A stretch of 62,672 bases of DNA, counting the filler, from Asterionella formosa (taxonomy: Eukaryota), in NCBI GenBank assembly GCA_002256025.1. It is 29 parts of 29 records of this genome, joined end to end, with 100 filler letters (N's around TTAATTAATTAA, not from the genome) between each part and the next. Parts side by side here need not be neighbours in the genome. Positions count along the whole stretch, not along the records: positions 13,026 to 15,094 come from NKIB01000502.1; positions 15,195 to 17,262 come from NKIB01000504.1; positions 17,363 to 19,430 come from NKIB01000505.1; positions 19,531 to 21,597 come from NKIB01000506.1; positions 21,698 to 23,764 come from NKIB01000507.1; positions 23,865 to 25,930 come from NKIB01000508.1; positions 26,031 to 28,096 come from NKIB01000509.1; 22 more parts are not named here. One strand, 5' to 3'. Each line of letters opens with the position of its first letter. Position 1 is the stretch's first letter. Below the pieces are notes generated by a model. That model was not told where the DNA came from, did no database searches, and was given only the letters and a program-made list of their open reading frames with translations. Shown in pieces: positions 13,185 through 26,048 of the stretch. Made by a program: the position numbers and the translations under genes.

Positions 13185-15032
13185 TTAACTTATTCTCTTG
13201 AGCCTTGCTAGAAAGAAACCATCACACCCCGCCAACACTCCACCTAATGCTCCAGGAAGCACTCGCATCCAGCCGTTTGCGTCAATGGCATCGTCGAATC
13301 CAATGATTTCACCTTTTTCAAAAGGCACTGTTTCGAGCTGCCCTGCAAATTTTTGCAATAGTTTATGTACTTGCTCTTCACTCTCTTGCTTCAACGTCGA
13401 GCAAGTTGCGTAAACCATTACTCCTCCAGGTTTCAACAAGTTTTCAGCACAATGATTGGCAAGTTTCTCTTGAACCTGTATCAAATCGCTTATATCTTCA
13501 TCACGGTGCAGCACATCAGGTCGCTTGCTCCCAGTTCCTGTAGCACTACATGGGACATCCAGAATAACACCATGAATAGTATCCGACCCAGGATCTGGTA
13601 GCCATTCTGTACCATCCTGGACATGGACCGTACATTTGTCATGCATCTGTAGCCGATCCAAGTTTTCGATCAATCGACGACTACGTCTAGGACTCAATTC
13701 AATTGCTGATACGTGGTGAAACCCAAGGGATACAAGCTGAGCACTCTTTCCGCCTGGAGCAGCACAAAGATCCACAACATGCATGTCACCCACAGCAGTT
13801 TGTCCTACTTGTTTGGACAAGGCGCTGTGGAGTGCAATAGCTGGCAGCGATGCTGCCGCATCTTGTACCCACCATACACCTTCGTGGTACAATGGCCATT
13901 CTGATACAGCTCCAGATAGTTCGTGGTCGACACGGATGGACCCATGTGGTAGTACTTGGGTATTACCACCAAAGGCATTGCAAATTTCCATAAGTGTGTT
14001 CTGTCGATCGTTATCTGAGCTTTGGGGTGGGTATTTTACAGAAAGAAAAACTGGTGGTTGTGTCATAGAGGCTTCTGCAATGATTTGAGCCCTGTCGTCT
14101 CCCCAATCGTTTTTCCATGCTGACAACAGCCATGGCGTAATATTATCCGTAACAGAGGAATGTTCTTTAAGCAAGGCTTGACCCTCTCGATCTATTTTTC
14201 GAAGTATGGCGTTGACAAACTTGATCTTGGGTTCACTGCGAAAAGTAAATTAGTAGGATAAAGTAGCTGAAACGATCGACAATAGCAACCCGATGCGAGC
14301 AACTTACGAGACTTTGATAAAAGGAATCATACGGAGGACCTCCACTGTCTCCTTCACAGCAGCATAAGAAGGGACCTTTGCAAATAAAATTTGACATGCC
14401 CCAAGTCGTAGACATGCCTCTACCAAAGCATCGGATTTTTGTTTCCTCTAGAAAAAACGCGACCGGTGATTTTCACAAATCCCAATGAGCAGTGAGAGAC
14501 CTGTTATTGTCATGCCATGCATGCAGGCAAAGCCAGTTAATTTATGTTATGCACTCACCTTAATGCTATTGGGGTTACGTGGAAATACCTGTAATACTTT
14601 ATCAATTTGTCCCATTCGACGTTCCGTCTCAGCCACTAAAAATCTAGCAAATGATCGATTGCGTTGGTCTAGCTTCAAATACAATGGGTTGCTTTCCAAA
14701 CGTTGCAAAGGAAATGTAGATCGACTTTGTTTATCATCAAGAATAGACATGACTGCGACAGATCGACTTGAAAATGGTTCACTCCTTGTCGGCGACGGCG
14801 ATGTTTCACTGGAATCCACGGAAGATGAATCTAGTTTAGAGGATGAGTGCATTACTAGGGAAAACCCAAGGAGCCTTTGTCTTGATTCCAAGCATTTGAT
14901 TCTTCTTCTTGTTGAAGTACAAGAAGGTTCATGATGCTTATTGATGCGGCGTTCAATCAAGAAGCCATGTGAAAGAGAAATACTCAATGACAGTGCCACT
15001 AACAAAGTATGAAAATGGATTATCGTTACCAT
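13185..15032 (-). CDS. rsmB: RsmB/Sun (NusB domain + NOL1/NOP2 SAM domain) rRNA cytosine-C5 methyltransferase, probably plastid-targeted; exons 15032-14559, 14447-14308, 14235-13185 (~554 aa)
   Basis: Motifs VQDAAA, DLCAAPGGKS, ILDVPCSATG, VYATCS, DGFFLARL; two GT-AG introns (GTGAGT..CTAG, GTAAGT..GCAG) restore the NusB domain (LRLGACQILF..YAAVKETV..KFVNAILR) in frame; signal peptide ends SHG|F. Confidence 0.9.
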
Positions 15033-15407
15033 TTTTCTTGAGACGAACCACTTGCAGCTTTGATTCTGGCAAGAGAAGAAGTGCTGTCCTCGGTNNNNNN
15101 NNNNNNNNNNNNNNNNNNNNNNNNNNNNNNNNNNNNNNTTAATTAATTAANNNNNNNNNNNNNNNNNNNNNNNNNNNNNNNNNNNNNNNNNNNNACTCTG
15201 ATCCCACTGAAGTTCTTACACATATCTCTTCCTCTCTACCGCACTCCTCCACTTCCTCATCCACCACTGGTCTGGAATTTGCTGCAAACCTCCACGAAGG
15301 TGAAACTTTGATGCATGTGGAAACTGGAGCAAATGGGAATGTCACTTGCATGAGCAACGAATTACACAATGTTGTGAGCTCCACTGTTCTATGCCAGACT
15401 GCTTAAC

Positions 15408-17262
15408 TTGGTGACGCCAATAAAAGTTGGATACATGGGCACACTTTATCCATGTTTCATTTCATCAGATAGAACTGTTGAACTGGAGGTATCACTTCCC
15501 AACACAGAGGAAATGCCACACTATCGGCGGCGCTCCCTCAGTATTCATGCTCTCAAACGCCTAGGCTATGAGGCTGATCATCGACTTCGTCGCACAGGTA
15601 ACCTGTTATGGTTAAAACTTCCCAACGGGAAAGAATATTCTTTCAAGTTATTGACCTTTGATGATGCAGACTACATCATTGTCCGTTTACATAAACCGTC
15701 TTTAGGGATTACCACCTCTGCTATTGACCTTATCAAAACCATGAAACCATCAGGACTTTATCATCTCATTCATCTTCAAATGGGCTGCCCAGGCCGGCGT
15801 GCTATGGAATTATTGCTCAATGGAACAAGCGTTATGGGTCTCCCTTTGAATGTCCCTATACCAGACACACTCTCCTGTCCAATCTGTCTCAAAGAAAAAC
15901 TTCCCTCCTTATCCAGAGGTCCTACTGTTGGATCTCCTTTCAAGGTTCTTGGAAGTCTTATCCATATGGATTTTGGATTCTATGGTAAACAATCCTGCCA
16001 TGGATTCAAATGCTTTTTAGTAGTCACAGAGGCAATCTCTAATCATCGTTGGACATTCTGTCGTCAATCACGCACTACACCAGTAAAACTCATCCTTTGG
16101 ATCATCCAACACTTGCAGATCCGGACTGGCAACCGTGTGTGCCGTATCCGTATGGATGGGGAATTATTTGCTAACCACACGCTCAAGACCGAGTTGTCTC
16201 TGCTGCACATCTCGGTGGAGCCCACTGGCGCGTACTCATCCTCGCAAAACGGAAAAGCTGAGGTCTCCATTAAACTTATTGGACTCACGGCTCAATGTCT
16301 CTTATATGGACCCGCTTCTCGAGAATGGGGAGAACATGTTGATAAAGTGCTCTGTGGAAAACTGGGCCTAATCAAAAATCGCGCAGATCAATGCATCTAC
16401 GAAGGTACAATTAATCAATGTCATGTCATCTTAGCCAGAGCCACTGATGATATTTTGGTCGGAACTTCGTCACTGGATACATACAACCATATTGTTACTA
16501 CTCTTGAATCTCACTGGAAGATACACAATATGGGGGTTATTTTGGTCGGAACTTCGTCACTGGATACATACAACCATATTGTTACTACTCTTGAATCTCC
16601 TATATTGTTACTACTCTTGAATCTCACTGGAAGATACACAATATGGGGCAAGTCTCTCATTTTTTTGGTCTCAGATTCCTGTTTAGTTCCAATTGTATGA
16701 CAATTGACCAAACTCATATGGTTCATGACGTTCTTCAATATGTTTATGGTTAGTCCTGGGATAAACAAATTATCTCGAGAACCAACATGATTCCTATGCT
16801 CAGTGGCGTACAACATGAAGAAGCACTTGCTAGTTCTTGTATACCATATTCTCCAAGTGAACTTCATAAAGCGATTCAACTTTATGGCTTTGAATATAGG
16901 ATGTTGTTGGGACAATTTCAACACCTATGCCAATGGACTAGGCTTGATATACAAACAGCAGTACAAAGGCTGGCTCAATATCAAAATGCTCCTGGATCAT
17001 TACATTTTGATGCGTTACTACAAATTGCGAAATACCTCCGTCAATATCCGGATATTCCACTTGCATTCAACAGAAAAGTATCTAGGGGTTCCACGGTTTC
17101 GGTTTCACATATCAGTCAAGCTGCTCCGTGGCTGGGTGAACCTACTGTCATCAGCGTTGAAGCTCACCAATTTGACAAAGATCAAACTTTCTGGCATATG
17201 CCCCGTATTATGACTAGTCTGATCTCCACTTCATCAGTATCTACCTCATTATCATCCACGCT
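15408..17262 (+). mobile_element. Degenerate Ty1/copia pol (pre-integrase, integrase, RT) with internal deletion and a tandem duplication at about 16450-16650
   Basis: HLQMGCP...CPIC, IHMDFG, RIRMDGE and YSSSQNGKAE (integrase) joined directly to ASREWGEH, DQCIY, ATDDILV and WTRLDIQTAVQRLAQYQNAP (RT); frameshifts present. Confidence 0.85.
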
Positions 17263-17362
17263 NNNNNNNNNNNNNNNNNNNNNNNNNNNNNNNNNNNNNN
17301 NNNNNNTTAATTAATTAANNNNNNNNNNNNNNNNNNNNNNNNNNNNNNNNNNNNNNNNNNNN

Positions 17363-18930
17363 ATGGGCACTTTGGCATTTGAAACTGGAAACAATGGTGT
17401 GCTTACCTGGGGAAGTTTGGAGGCAAATACAAACATAACGAAAACAAACAAGGAGGACATGAGTAATACAACTGTTGGTGGACGGCCCAAAGGTGCCACC
17501 ATTGCTGCCACCATTAGCAACAAATCCCAGATGCAAAAAGCATTGAGTGAAGCAACAGATGAGTACATGAATAAAATGCTAGACAGCAAAAATAACAACA
17601 AACGTACCTCCAAAGGAACAATTTCTTTGATCATTGATGCTGCCAAGGAAAGGAATGGAATACCTGCTAATGTGAAGGTTAGTTTTGAAACAGTCAGAAG
17701 CAGAGCAGCAATCAAAATAAAGAAGAGCGGTGAGGTTCAGAATGGTCAGCATCATATTAGCAAACATGGACATCAATCACCAATGAACGAGATTGAACCT
17801 TACCTTGTTGGACTCATTCAACAACTTGCAAAAATGAGGTTCCCAATCTCTGTTTCTGAAGGACTGATGCTTGCCAACTCTTTGATTGCTGGTACTGAAA
17901 CTATGGCAAAGGTGAACAATTGGAGAGAAACAAGTTGCATTCCATTCCAAATCAACAAAAAGCCTGAACTTGGGAAATCCTATTGGAAAGGATTTATGAA
18001 AAGAAATGCACAGTTAGTTACAGCAAAGAAGGGAGTAAAGTTTGAGAGCAAACGTGCAGATTGGTGTACGTACCAGTCCTTCTTGTCAATGTATAAAGAC
18101 GTCTAAAAAGAAATGGTGGCTGGAGGAGTTGCAAGACGAAACCCAAGCAAACAATGGTACTCAAAAGAAGGGTTAGTAGTTGAGGAGCAGGAAGCGTTTG
18201 GGTTAGCAAGTGAATATGAGCTAATCAGACCTGACCGTCTCCTCTTTGTGGACGAAGTTGGTTCCAATACATCCCAAACAAAAGATGGCAACGTTGTTGG
18301 CGAAAAATTTCTTTGCATTGCAGGTGGCCGTCCTCAAATCCGGGCCTCGACCAAAGATGCACACTTTACTGTCCTAGGATTCACTGCAGCCAATGGTCGA
18401 CCAATCATGTGCGCAATTATTTTTGCCGCAAAAGCCCTGGAAGACGAATGGGTGCTTGGCCTAGATCCGTTTGCTGCTTGGGAAGGAGAAGATGAAAACA
18501 TACATGGCAACAGCGGAAAGGGAAAACGATATCCACAAGGACCAGTCTGTGATGTGGAAGGGAAACAGTTGCCTACATTCTGCTGTGTGTCGGAAAACGG
18601 CTCAATCACTGCAGAGCTTCTGGTTGGCATGCTAAAACACATGGATGACTCTGGCATCTTTCCTCGAAACAACGGGCCCCCACCATTCCTAATACTTATG
18701 GACATGGGTCTTGACTGGCCTCTGCACAAACCTTTGCTCTTGGGCCAAAAATTCTTGCTGCTATACTGGAACGCAAGCGAATTTCAGACATTGTCATTAG
18801 TACAAAAGAAACAAAAAGGCAACAAGAATTCAATACACTTCGCGGAAAAGTACTTACATTGAAGGAACAGAACAAAACAAAAGAACAGATGTCTGTGCCA
18901 GAATTAAAATTAATGGTGTGTTGGTACAAA
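17363..18930 (+). mobile_element. Degenerate pogo/Tc1-like DDE transposase
   Basis: CENP-B-like IEPYLVGLIQQLAKMRFPISVSEGLMLANSLI...SYWKGFMKRN; DDE-type LLFVDEVGSNT, HFTVLGFTAANG, GSITAELL, PFLILMD; in-frame stop at 18104-18106. Confidence 0.75.
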
Positions 18931-19530
18931 TGATCAGGTGATTTGCCGGTTCCACAAACAAGGCAAGCTCTGATTACAAGATTCGACGACACCAATCACC
19001 GTGGTGACCAACAGCCGCCATTCCCTCTCCATACACCTCCTATTGCTGTGGTTGTTGTTACTGCACCTCCTCCTGTTGCTATTCCCTCTCCTTCTACAAC
19101 TGCTACTGCCGAGGATCCACCATTCCGTGATGAAGTTTGAGACTCCGCCAGCCAGTAATTGGATGCAAAGAAGCTCGAGATTACGAATGTAATGCATCAG
19201 AAGAATTCTCCGACGATGATGCTGCCCTGCAAAAGTGTAAAACGTAAAGTAATAAGAAATAATTTTTGTAGTATTAACGGAGTAAAAATAAACACGGTTT
19301 GGCGGGAAAATATATACATGTACACATAGAAAAATATGCACTGTAAGCCACCGCTATTCAATAATATTAGTGACTTTGGAAAAATTATTTCTTCATGGCT
19401 AGATACACAGAATCAAAACTGATAACTTAANNNNNNNNNNNNNNNNNNNNNNNNNNNNNNNNNNNNNNNNNNNNTTAATTAATTAANNNNNNNNNNNNNN
19501 NNNNNNNNNNNNNNNNNNNNNNNNNNNNNN

Positions 19531-21150
19531 TCCGGACCTCATTGTCCCTGCCTGTTGTCAACAACAATGCGTGAGCTGACAAGCCATACTAGCATTTAGG
19601 TACACAACAAGAACACACTCACCATTCAACTGTATTGCAGAGTTCTTTCATTTGAGTCGAGGATTCAATTGACATTGCAGCAACCTATGCAGTTACAGAA
19701 ACAATGAGAAGAAATGATTTGTTAGCAAGTAGTCATGTTACATTGAAACAACGACACGCAATTCCATCGTATCCTCTTGCTTCACTTACCACAAATCAAT
19801 GCAACTGATGCATAAGTCTGTAATAGTAACTTGTCAGTAAATTCTTGAATAAGTAAGTTTCGAGTATCCAATGTTGTTGAATAAAACTTACCGGTACATT
19901 TTTGTCATCTTAGCTAACTTTGAGAGAAGGTAAACGTTTTGTCAGCTTTGTTCCAACAGAAGTGAATAGGTCCAACAAGCGACAAGAGCACTTACGCAAT
20001 TTTGTTTTGTTTAACATTGGTGATCCCCAACAAGCGAAACGAGCTGTTTAATCAACTGAGAAAAAAGGAAATGTGGCTGCGTTTAGTTAACAATTTTTTG
20101 TTGTCCTGCCTCCCAACGATTGTCATCCAAGTAGCTACCACATTGATGGCTTCATTATCTTAAACATTCTCCATCCTTCGAATGCGCAATGTGTCGAAGT
20201 CACAATGTTTTTCGTTATGTATTGCGAAAATTTTCTTTTCTTTTAATGTGCTTTACTACGACGTATCTTTTCATGAAGCAGCAGGCATTGTTTGTTAACA
20301 TGACAGAACGATTTCAAAAATATATATGCCATACATATAGAAATAAAATTTGTAAATATATATATATATATATTAAGTGTTATACATTTATAAAATTCAA
20401 ACGCGCTCTCGATATGGAACATCTGATATGGTTTTGATGATCATACTTGCATATACATAATTCGAAAATACTCAATGCACTATATGTCCATTGTTTTCCA
20501 CGACTACATGTACCGGAATTGTTTCTGAAATTTGTTTGCATCGATATTTTCTACGTCCGTTGAAACTAATTATTTAGACCGTTAAATAGCTGCCAGGGTT
20601 TTGGTAGCAAATTGTTTAAGCCCCTTTTTTGGTCGGGAGCTCTTCATGTGTACAGGTACATCATATGACAGTAACGATATATCATATATATACAGAGTAC
20701 TAGTAGCAGGTAGTAAGTGATATACTGGGGGTAGTCGGAGTAGTAAACTAGCAACAGAACACCATATGTTCAGGACTGTTGCTACTGCAGTGGGACAGTA
20801 AATCATCATAGTTTTAGGATCGTATGATCATAAAACAAAAAACAAAAAGAACACCATATGTTCATGACTGTTGCAATTACATTGGGACAGTAAATCATCA
20901 TAGTTTTAGGATTGTATGATCGAATAACTATAATTCAATAGAACACCATATGTACAGGACTGTTGCTACTGCATTCGAACAGTAAATCATCAAAGTTTTA
21001 GGATTGCATGATCGTGAAACTGAAAAGTGGTACCGGTAGTCGGAGTAATAAGCAAGCAATAGAACACCATAGTAAATCATCATAGTTTTAGGATTGTTTA
21101 AATAGAACACCATATGTCTATGACTGCTGCTACTACAGCGGGACAGTACT
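19531..21150 (-). repeat. Repeat family R1, copy 2 (reverse orientation)
   Basis: Colinear reverse complement of about 45880-47393, including the tandem subunits at 20740-21150. Confidence 0.92.
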
Positions 21151-21169
21151 GGTAAATGAATTTAAGATC

Positions 21170-21561
21170 ATCGAACTTTAAGGAAGACAACGACAACAGC
21201 TGGTCGTGTGGCCGTTGCTGGTCCACTTTTAATGGCCGAAGAAGGAAGCGACGAAAAGATCACCATTACGAGCGGAACGAGAGAAATCGCTTACGACGCC
21301 AAGTCTGGACGATTCTTTGAGAATAAAATGCAGGAAGAAGAATGCATTCCTGACGAGGAATACTGTGTCGTCGATCCGGAAAGTGGGGAACTCATTTGTC
21401 TCACAGTAGCCGAAAAGGAGCGTATCTTTCTGGACGCGCTTCAGTCCTACTATGCCACTGGAAGGCAAATGCTCAAGGATGACGAGTTTGACCTATTGAA
21501 GGAAGATTTGCAATGGAACGGATCTGACATGGTTGTCATGAATGTTTCTTCCTGTTTGTGA
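21170..21561 (+). pseudogene. PGRL1: PGR5-like 1 (PGRL1) N-terminal fragment
   Basis: EYCVVD...LTVAEKERIFLDALQSYY...MLKDDEFDLLKEDLQWNGSDMVVMN resembles the PGRL1 conserved region; no signal peptide upstream (R1 abuts it) and homology stops abruptly. Confidence 0.7.
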
Positions 21562-22387
21562 TCAATATCCCATCGATCCATTCGTTCTTGCAAATGTNNN
21601 NNNNNNNNNNNNNNNNNNNNNNNNNNNNNNNNNNNNNNNNNTTAATTAATTAANNNNNNNNNNNNNNNNNNNNNNNNNNNNNNNNNNNNNNNNNNNNAAT
21701 TTCTCTCGCAGCTGTTGAAATTGATTTTCAATGTCATCAAGACTGGATTGAATTCATCTCCGTCCCCATGGGAAGAATTGATACAAAAAATCTTGTCGTT
21801 GAAAGTCGGGAATAAGTTGGGCGTGCTGTCAATCGCTCTTGCCTTTGATGAAATTGATTATTAATCTCATCGAAAACTTGATTGATTTCACCTCCATCGC
21901 TATGGGGACTGATATGAACTTGTCGTTGAAAAGCGGGAATGGGTTAGGCTCAGTCCATAGCATGGGCAAACAAACGATGCATGTTCCTCTGACTGTCTTT
22001 GTTTAGGAGTGAAAAGTCGCTCTTGGAGAGCAATACCTTGTTGAGAAAGTTCTGTTGGCCTGATTCGACGAACAAAGGCTTGCTTCTTGAGAAAAGCTGA
22101 AATTTCTATGTCTCTGTCTCTTTTTTTAAGTTCACTCATGGCATCATCCTTGTCATCAGGAGATGAGGAGAGGTAAGCCGACATGCTGGTCAGTGACTGA
22201 TACTGGTGAAATTAAGGAACTCATGTGGATAATGAACAAGAGGCCGCATAACACGCAAGAGGATGCATCGCTATGAAAATATAACTGTTATAAATTAAAG
22301 TTAAATTTCTATAAAATGTCAGATGACTAATCTAAAATATCTTGATTATCAGAGCGTGACGACGTTATTATGTATCAAATCGCCAAA

Positions 22388-22450
22388 ATAATTTGTGTTA
22401 TAATACACAAATGATATAATAATTTTTTATTATCAGAGCGCGCCCAGTAT
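22388..22450. repeat. Dispersed repeat end R4; reverse complement at about 33163-33221
   Basis: ATTTGTGTTATAATACAC...TCAGAGCGCGCCCAGTA shared by both loci. Confidence 0.8.
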
Positions 22451-22639
22451 ATGTACTCGTGGTGACTCTATATTAAGTACCAGGTACTCTAAATCTCTAA
22501 ATACATAAAATGGTCTATTTCCGCATACACGTACCCTGGTACGGTACCTGGTACCCTGGTAACCAGTCGATAGGAGCAAATGGGCGCCGGTACCAGGTAC
22601 TAGGTACCTGGTATTGGCAGCTGGTACCAGAACTGGTAT

Positions 22640-22884
22640 TGTTATAAATCGCAAGTCTGTCCTTCTGATCTATCTTTTTGTCTGACGCAAGAAGTATTGT
22701 GTACTCGTGTGACTCGTTATTCTAGTCCGGTTAAACTAATCTAATCACTCTTTTAATATACCCCCTTCCAAACTCTCTTTGAGCTTGTCAGGTTCGTTAA
22801 CCGACTCACACAACTCTCCTCCTCCTCGTTCGTCCTCGTCGTCCTTCTCCATCGTTCCCTCTTTCACTACAGGTTATGAGCCCA
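22640..22884 (+). mobile_element. Probable copia 5' LTR (TG..CA, ~232 bp) followed by a primer-binding site
   Basis: TGTTATAAA at 22640 ... CTACA at 22871, then GGTTATGAGCCCA, resembling the copia half-tRNA-iMet PBS (GGTTATGGGCCCA). Confidence 0.65.
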
Positions 22885-23413
22885 AGCTGTTTCCTTGAAA
22901 GAAACGAAATTGTTGATTGTTGATTCGATCTCACAATCGGCGCCGACCACAAACTCTCATTCGCATTCGATTGTTTTCACATCGTTCATTTGTCTTCTAC
23001 ATCTGTCTAGCTGTATAATACACTACACAGTAGCAGTAGTCAATTATATTGAGTAATCTCTATCAAAAGGGTGTTATTTGGCATTCAAAAAGTACCTTCT
23101 TCCGCTCATTCGCCGCATCGGCAATTTTTTTTCGTTTCGTCGTGAAGTTTTGTTTTTCCCGACCATTACACTATTTTGGCTACGGAAGTAATCCACAGTA
23201 AACGATCAGTGCACACATTTATTTTCTTCACGTACCACAATACTACTACCGGTACTGGTACCAGTACCGGTAGTTCGTTCTCGTCAGTGGAAGTTCTGAT
23301 TCACTGAGTGACGGCTCGTCATCAGTTCTCGGAAACCTACGCACTACGCACTACCGTTTTGCACTGTTGATCTAGTATATACAGTGAATCAATAGTACCT
23401 GGTACAATACTTG

Positions 23414-23518
23414 CTTAAGTGCTCTGTTCTCCGATTAGATACCAGGTACCAGGTACATACATACTCTATAGCTCTGTACTTGCGATCGTCTCGTCCACAG
23501 CCTACCGGTACACATATA
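23414..23518 (+). repeat. Dispersed repeat R5, essentially identical to 35662-35766
   Basis: CTTAAGTGCTCTGTTCTCCGATTAGATACCAGGTACCAGG...CCTACCGGTACACATATA in both. Confidence 0.92.
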
Positions 23519-26048
23519 ATAGTCCCGAAATTCTACCAAGGTAGTATTTTCTCGTTGGCCTTGGTAGTAATACCTCCAAGGTATTGGCAAATATTTACGT
23601 GGTCAGTATGAGGTATGTAACAGGTCAAAATTCTACAATGTAGAATTTTTGGTAGAATTTGTTATCTCGTTTTGGTAGTATATTCTACCAATCATAATAA
23701 CGAGGTTAGGGTTAACAGTGATATTTTCAAGAAAATTCTACCTGCAAGGAAAAGGAGAGCAATANNNNNNNNNNNNNNNNNNNNNNNNNNNNNNNNNNNN
23801 NNNNNNNNTTAATTAATTAANNNNNNNNNNNNNNNNNNNNNNNNNNNNNNNNNNNNNNNNNNNNATACAAATATTACGACGACGCAGCACAAGTGTTTGT
23901 TCAGACGACCCTGCTTGCTTCTTCACTTTCGTCACTCTCCTGCTCATCCTTACCAGTATGGTGCAAATCTATTGATAATATAACGGTATGTTGGAGTGCG
24001 ACCAGGTACGACCAGCGTTGCTCCAGTAGAGGGGCCGCATATCTGATACTCCACCATTTGCTTACCAGTTCACACTCGGAGTACCGGTACCATCATTACC
24101 GGTAGTTACTGTCAGACAACTTGTAATGCGTACCATGTGATTTGAAAAGTTGTAAGCATACCGGTACTACCCCGGCACCGGTCTACTAAGATTTACCGGT
24201 ATTTCATTGGACGGTATTCGTAGCTATCGTTGGCGAGCCGCCGGCATGATCGGCAGGCGGCCGACCTTGAAATGTCCGACAAGGGGGTCTGGTAATCGAG
24301 CCTACCGGTATGCTGTACAGCAGCAGGCCCCACAGCCATCGCCATACTGAACGATCACACAATATATAGTGTACCGTAATTGCTAAATTTAAACCCAAGT
24401 TGTCTTTTCCTGTAGGCCTCTGATATGTGTCTACTTGGTCATTGGCATGGTATTGATCTGAAAATACAAGTGGAAGGACCGTGTTGCAACAGTACCCGTA
24501 TGTAGATATTGAAAAATTAAACCCGGTTTCACTGCGGGTTAAATTCTTTGGCTATACGCACGATCTTCGTATCTTAGGAATATACACTCTACAGTACGAG
24601 TACACATTAGCTATCACGGTCGTACGCAAAAATTAAACCCCATCCTCATTCATGTACCATTGGTACCTGGTACCAGTACCAGGTGCTCGGTCTGCAGCAG
24701 TGGTACACCATGGCTGGTTGCAACCTGAAGATCAATATAGTAGGATACGTAAGCCTTGGTATAGATTTTCTTTTGCATTTAATAATAAAGAGTAAAAATT
24801 TAGACGTATACAAAAATTGATGCAAATTTTCTTTGATATATTTATATTGCCGTCTGCTCATTTCCCCTCAAAAGGTAATTTGATTTTGCTGCTTGCTTCT
24901 TGTTTGCTTCATTGCTCTGCTGTTCGCTATGTTAGATCGTTGACATAGGCTGCCTTGCATAAAGTTGTGTCGAAATTGAGGGCACAGCAGTGTGTTTTGA
25001 ATTGTTTGACAAGTGTCTCAAGATTTAAATCTCGAAATACCAAGATCGATGTTAAAATTGAACAATCGATAAGACGAAATAGAAAATAAATGATTAAAAA
25101 AAGAAAGAGTGCATAAAATAAGAATTATAAAGTAAAATTAATGACAATCCTGTTTATCAGTATTTGTTAGTTTCCATTGGGTCATATATATTTATAAATA
25201 TATATATGAATGAATACATATTTTAGGTGCAGAGGGGCATAGTCATGGCATTGCACATATTGGCCTGTGATATCGCTAATCAAGGAAAAAACAGTCCCCT
25301 CAAGGTAATGCTCAATAAGAAGCATAACCTTTGTCTGTAAATAAAAACTATCATGAATATAGGATCAAGGGTATCGTACGCTAGCTAAGTGACACAGGAT
25401 TTTTACATATATGATAGTTTTTCGATCAAAAATATGATCAATGTATCATATAATTATGATCATACAGTAAACTTTTACCAAGCTTGAAGTATGATGATAC
25501 TATCATAGGTATAATACCATTGCATCATATAATTAGTTAAACATGGTCATATGAGCGATGTGTATACTTTTGTCATACATCTATCTTAGCATGATCGTAA
25601 TTCTCATTGATATCACTGTCTAAAATAGGATGAAATTGATCGAAATTTAGAACTATATTTAGCTAAGAATGGTTTTATGTTTCTATATCTTGAGTGGCTA
25701 GTACAGAATGTTCTACAATGCTCTCATTGCAATGATTGGTGCTTCAGCTTTCACTTCCACTTCCACTTCCACCTTCCCCCCAATCCAATTCTGAAGGTTG
25801 TTGTACTGGTTGCCTTGCCGTTGTTGGCCTGCGTTGTTCCATTTACTCCTGACAGATCTGAGATTGCATTCACGCATTTTCCCATTACTATTGAATCTGT
25901 TTCGTTGTTCCAATCAGCCATACTAACAAANNNNNNNNNNNNNNNNNNNNNNNNNNNNNNNNNNNNNNNNNNNNTTAATTAATTAANNNNNNNNNNNNNN
26001 NNNNNNNNNNNNNNNNNNNNNNNNNNNNNNGTTGTGATTGTTTACACA

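Noticed and set aside
13185..15032. Bacterial origin or contamination for rsmB (likewise obgE and trpC)
   Set aside because: Spliceosomal introns and/or bipartite targeting presequences indicate nuclear-encoded organellar proteins
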